Source: Nibricoccus sp. (lineage in GTDB: Bacteria; Verrucomicrobiota; Verrucomicrobiia; Opitutales; Opitutaceae). Taken from it: a stretch of 64,000 nucleotides of DNA. The stretch is taken from assembly GCA_047602425.1 (NCBI GenBank), contig JASGHG010000001.1, positions 288,001-352,000 on the forward strand, read 5' to 3'. A model generated the notes under the pieces. That model was not told the DNA's origin and searched no databases. It saw only the letters and a list, made by a program, of their open reading frames with translations. Below are positions 60,412-64,000 of this stretch, in pieces (position 1 is the stretch's first letter; every line of letters begins with the position of its first letter). The position numbers were made by a program, and so were the translations under genes.

Positions 60412-61551
60412 TCAGCGTCGAACTGGGAACAACATGCGCAATGTCGTGCCGCGCGTCGGCGCACTTTCCAGCGCCAGGGTGGCGCCATGCGCGCCGAGGA
60501 TGTGACGGCAAATGCCCAGTCCGAGGCCCGTGCCATGGGACTTCGTGGTGAAGCCACCTTTCAGGGCGCGCGCGGCGGTTTCGTTGTCCATTCCCGAACC
60601 ATTGTCGATGACACAAAGTTCCCACTGCTCGCCGTTTTGCTCGACTGATACCCCGATGTGGGTCGCGCCGGCTTCGAGGCCGTTCTTAAAGATGTTTTGA
60701 AACACACGCGTGAGCTCAAATTGCGAGCCGCGGATCACCGCACGTTTCGCGCCGTGGATTTCAATCGCGGGATTGCTGAAAAAGATCACGTCCTTCACGT
60801 GTTGCGCCAGTTTCACGAGATCGAGGTCCGCAAACTGCGAGCTCTTCCGGCTGGTCTGGCGCCAATTGTCCGCCAACTCGTGACAATATTCTGCCGCGCG
60901 TGTGACCACGTCGGCGTAGCTCAAAAGTTTCTTCGCCTCCTCGTTGTCGGCTTTGGCCAGTTTCTTCGACTGCTGCACCAGCAATGTCGCATAACCAATC
61001 ATCACCGTCAACGGGTTCGCCAGGTCGTGCACGAGTTCCACCGCCGCCCTGCCCTGCCAGATCTGCGGCTGTTTTTCCTCGATTTCGCGCTTCAAAGCCG
61101 TGTTCAGTTCCTCGGTCCGGCGCGTAAGCAGGGTGTGCTGGCGCCGCTCGGCCGAAGCGTGCGATTGCTTGCGAACCGCGTCCAATAGCTCGGCAATGTC
61201 CGGCGGCTTGCGCAGATACTGGTTCGCGCCGTGCAGCATCGATTGTTGCGCCGTTTGCAGCGTTCCATAACCAGTCAACATCACTACGGACACGTCGCGG
61301 TCAACCTTGCGGATCGCTTCGAGCGCACGAATGCCGTCCATTTCGGGCATGCGGATGTCGAGCACCACGACGGAAAAAGGACGCTCCTGCACGCGCTTGA
61401 TGCCCTCGGAGGGACGGTCCGCCGTCACCACATCGAACTCTTTCGAGAGCGTGTAGGCGATCGACTCGCGCGGGCCGTACTCGTCGTCGACGATGAGCAC
61501 GAGGGGTTTCTCAACGACGTCGACAGGGACTGACACAATTTCTTTCAACAT
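60412..61551 (-). CDS. Hybrid response regulator/histidine kinase
   Basis: N-terminal REC, VHDLANPL, DNGSG, GTGLGL. Confidence 0.9.
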   Translation of the reverse strand: MLKEIVSVPVDVVEKPLVLIVDDEYGPRESIAYTLSKEFDVVTADRPSEGIKRVQERPFSVVVLDIRMPEMDGIRALEAIRKVDRDVSVVMLTGYGTLQTAQQSMLHGANQYLRKPPDIAELLDAVRKQSHASAERRQHTLLTRRTEELNTALKREIEEKQPQIWQGRAAVELVHDLANPLTVMIGYATLLVQQSKKLAKADNEEAKKLLSYADVVTRAAEYCHELADNWRQTSRKSSQFADLDLVKLAQHVKDVIFFSNPAIEIHGAKRAVIRGSQFELTRVFQNIFKNGLEAGATHIGVSVEQNGEQWELCVIDNGSGMDNETAARALKGGFTTKSHGTGLGLGICRHILGAHGATLALESAPTRGTTLRMLFPVRR

Positions 61552-61756
61552 AGTGAAGTTGCGACAGGAACTGGCGAACGTGTGCCCTTTGGCGCTGGAA
61601 TAGCCGTGGGAAGCATGAGGCGTTCTTTGGCCTTCGCCCTCCAGTTGTCAAGAATCTGTCAAGAAAACCTGCGCATTTTTTGCTCTCGGTCCTGCGCGAA
61701 CATCTAGTTCAGCGCGTTGTTGCCATGCGCGCCGCAGTCGCAAAACCTCCCTCTTC

Positions 61757-63082
61757 GTGGAAACCCTTTTCATCGCCCTAGGCGCCGCCATTGCCGCCGC
61801 TCTCCTCGCCTGGTTTTTCGCCAATAGCCGTCAAGCCGCCCTCCGCGAGCGCCTTCGGTCGCGCGAGGAAGACGTCGCCCGCCTCACAGCCGAACTGGCC
61901 GCCGTCCAAAAACGCCTCGCCGACTCCGAAGCCGCGCGTGCCCAGGCTGACACCGCCCTCGCAGCGGAACGCGCCTCCTCTTCCGAACGCATCAAGGCTC
62001 TCACCGAGGCTCATGAACGTCTCACCGCCGAATTCAAAGCGCTTTCCGCCGATGCGTTAAAAAACAACAACACTGCCTTTCTCGAACTCGCCCGCGCCAC
62101 GCTCGAAAAATTCCAGGAAGGCGCCCGTGGCGACCTCGCCGCCCGCCAGCAAGCCATCGATTCGCTCGTCAAACCCCTCAAGGAATCGCTGGACAAAGTG
62201 GACTTCAAAATAGGAGCGCTCGAAAGCGCCCGCAAGGAGGCCTACGGCTCGCTCACGGAGCAGCTCAAGGGCCTCGCAACCGCCCAAATTTCCCTCCAAA
62301 CCGAAACCACCAAACTTTCCCGCTCGCTCCGCTCCACCAGCACCGCTGGTCGCTGGGGCGAGGTCCAGCTTCAGCGCGTGGTCGAGCTCGCCGGCATGGT
62401 CGAAAATGTCGACTTCATCCAACAGGAAGCCCAGGGCGAAGTCCGCCCCGATATGATCATCCGGCTGCCTGGCGGAAAAGCCCTAGCGGTCGACGCCAAA
62501 GCGCCGATGCAGGCCTACCTCGAGGCGCTGGAAGCCGGTGACGAAACGATTCGAATCGCCAAATTCAAGGAGCATGCCCGCACGGTCCGCGGGCATATCG
62601 ACGCCCTCGGCAACAAGGCCTATTGGAAAAATATCCAGCCCGCTCCGGAATTCGTCGTTCTCTTTATTCCCGGCGAAGCCTTCTACAGCGCGGCGCTCCG
62701 CTACGAACCCGATCTCTTCGAACGCGGCACGAGTCTCGGCGTCATCCTCGCGTCGCCCGCCACGCTCATCGCTCTTCTCAAGGCCGCGGCTTACGGTTGG
62801 AAGCAGGAAGCCCTTTCGAAAAACACCGAGGAAATTCGCAAGCTCGGCCTCGAACTCCACGAACGTGTTGCCTCTGTGGCCGAAAATCTCGACACGCTCG
62901 GCCAGCGTCTCAATCAAGCCGTCGGAGCGTACAACAGCACCGTCAACGCCGTCGAAAACCGCGTTCTCGTCACCGGCCGCCGGCTCGAAAAACTCGGCGC
63001 CGGCAGCGAAAAGAAAATTTCAGAACCGCGCCTGGTCGACGAGCAACCGAAACAATTGACAGCTCCAGAACTTCAAGGTTAG
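61757..63082 (+). CDS. rmuC: DNA recombination protein RmuC
   Basis: Coiled coil, GRWGEVQL, RPDMIIRLPG, VDAKAP, FVVLFIPGE. Confidence 0.92.
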   Translation: METLFIALGAAIAAALLAWFFANSRQAALRERLRSREEDVARLTAELAAVQKRLADSEAARAQADTALAAERASSSERIKALTEAHERLTAEFKALSADALKNNNTAFLELARATLEKFQEGARGDLAARQQAIDSLVKPLKESLDKVDFKIGALESARKEAYGSLTEQLKGLATAQISLQTETTKLSRSLRSTSTAGRWGEVQLQRVVELAGMVENVDFIQQEAQGEVRPDMIIRLPGGKALAVDAKAPMQAYLEALEAGDETIRIAKFKEHARTVRGHIDALGNKAYWKNIQPAPEFVVLFIPGEAFYSAALRYEPDLFERGTSLGVILASPATLIALLKAAAYGWKQEALSKNTEEIRKLGLELHERVASVAENLDTLGQRLNQAVGAYNSTVNAVENRVLVTGRRLEKLGAGSEKKISEPRLVDEQPKQLTAPELQG

Positions 63083-63114
63083 GTATTCCAGCATCCAGCC
63101 ACGGATACCTCAAC

Positions 63115-64000
63115 ATGACTGTTACCTCACGAGTTCGCGCAGGCCTCCGACAATTTATCCGCATCTTTGCACTGCTAACTTTGGCATCGTCGCCAGCCAT
63201 CCTGGCAGCGGAAATCGAGACAACCTCCGCCAGTGCCGAGGACGTCGACAAGGCGCTCAAGGGCAAGTTGACCTACAATTTTGTCGTCCTCAAAAACGGC
63301 GAAATTGTCGATCAGGACGGACGGCACTTAACAGCAAAAACCGCCAAAGACTATCTGGCGCGCGCAAAACCAGAACCCAAGGCGGCATATATCTTTTGGA
63401 TACCCGATCCCACGGCAGTCGAAATCGTGAAGAGCCTGATCGGACCATTTTCGGACTACGGCGCGACGATGCTTGTGATCCGCGAGAAGGACAAATCACA
63501 GAAGCCCAAACCACCCGCAGAGGATAATACCTCGAAGACCTTGATGATGGTGGGCGATGTCAATCCCGCATCACTTTCCGCAAAGGACAAAGCGCCCAAA
63601 ATGTCCGGCCGGCCCAAGAACCTTCGCCCCGGGAAGCTTCCGGCACGCGTCCGCTATGTTTTCCGTCCCGATGCCGAGGTGGTGGCCGCAGCAAAAAAAG
63701 CTGAAGAACTGCTGCTGGGCAAAGAACGCCCCGATCTCGCGAAATACTTCGATAAGAAGACCACGTTTATCCAGCCCGGCGCATGGAATTACCTCTCCTA
63801 CCTCATCCCGTTGCATGAGGCAAAAACCTTCACCGCCAAGATAGAACTCGGAACCAAAGTCGTCAGTCTTGACGGCAAGCTGCTAACCCAACCCACGGAT
63901 TTTTCCATCGCGGTCGACGAACTTCGTAGTTTGATCGCAGCCGACGGCGGCGGCGCCATTCGGGCATTCACCACGGCGGAAATGGACCTCTGGTGGACAT
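63115..64000 (+). CDS. Secreted hypothetical protein, runs off the window edge
   Basis: Open frame from ATG 63115 with signal-peptide-like start; absent from the ORF track because no stop is reached. Confidence 0.65.
   Translation, partial: MTVTSRVRAGLRQFIRIFALLTLASSPAILAAEIETTSASAEDVDKALKGKLTYNFVVLKNGEIVDQDGRHLTAKTAKDYLARAKPEPKAAYIFWIPDPTAVEIVKSLIGPFSDYGATMLVIREKDKSQKPKPPAEDNTSKTLMMVGDVNPASLSAKDKAPKMSGRPKNLRPGKLPARVRYVFRPDAEVVAAAKKAEELLLGKERPDLAKYFDKKTTFIQPGAWNYLSYLIPLHEAKTFTAKIELGTKVVSLDGKLLTQPTDFSIAVDELRSLIAADGGGAIRAFTTAEMDLWWT

Overview
GC-rich bacterial chromosome segment, probably Verrucomicrobiota/Opitutaceae (inferred from gene content and style, not verified). Bases 1-15000 hold an integron cassette array on the minus strand with 18 attC sites, about 18 cassettes and a probable attI near 14931-14960. 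A divergent, C-terminally truncated integron integrase (15522-16088) and tRNA-Arg(CCG) follow. Three near-identical IS110-family (IS1111-like, long right end) elements sit at exactly the same position in three attC sites. Their right end folds into a bridge/seekRNA-like internal loop whose two strands match the attC target flanks and extend into the IS termini. A duplicated cassette carries two different attC sites that diverge exactly at the IS insertion point, hinting at IS-linked attC/cassette reshuffling in an integrase-truncated integron. One ORF-poor cassette has a non-canonical GAT core. The rest is housekeeping and signalling DNA (glyA, CHASE kinases, MFS, xerC-like, mazG, trpC, rsmA, rmuC). 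It also holds two IS3 copies, an IS481 inserted in a REP/MITE loop, a Sec-signal RHS toxin-immunity locus, and a kinase operon with an apparently catalytically dead ketosynthase.
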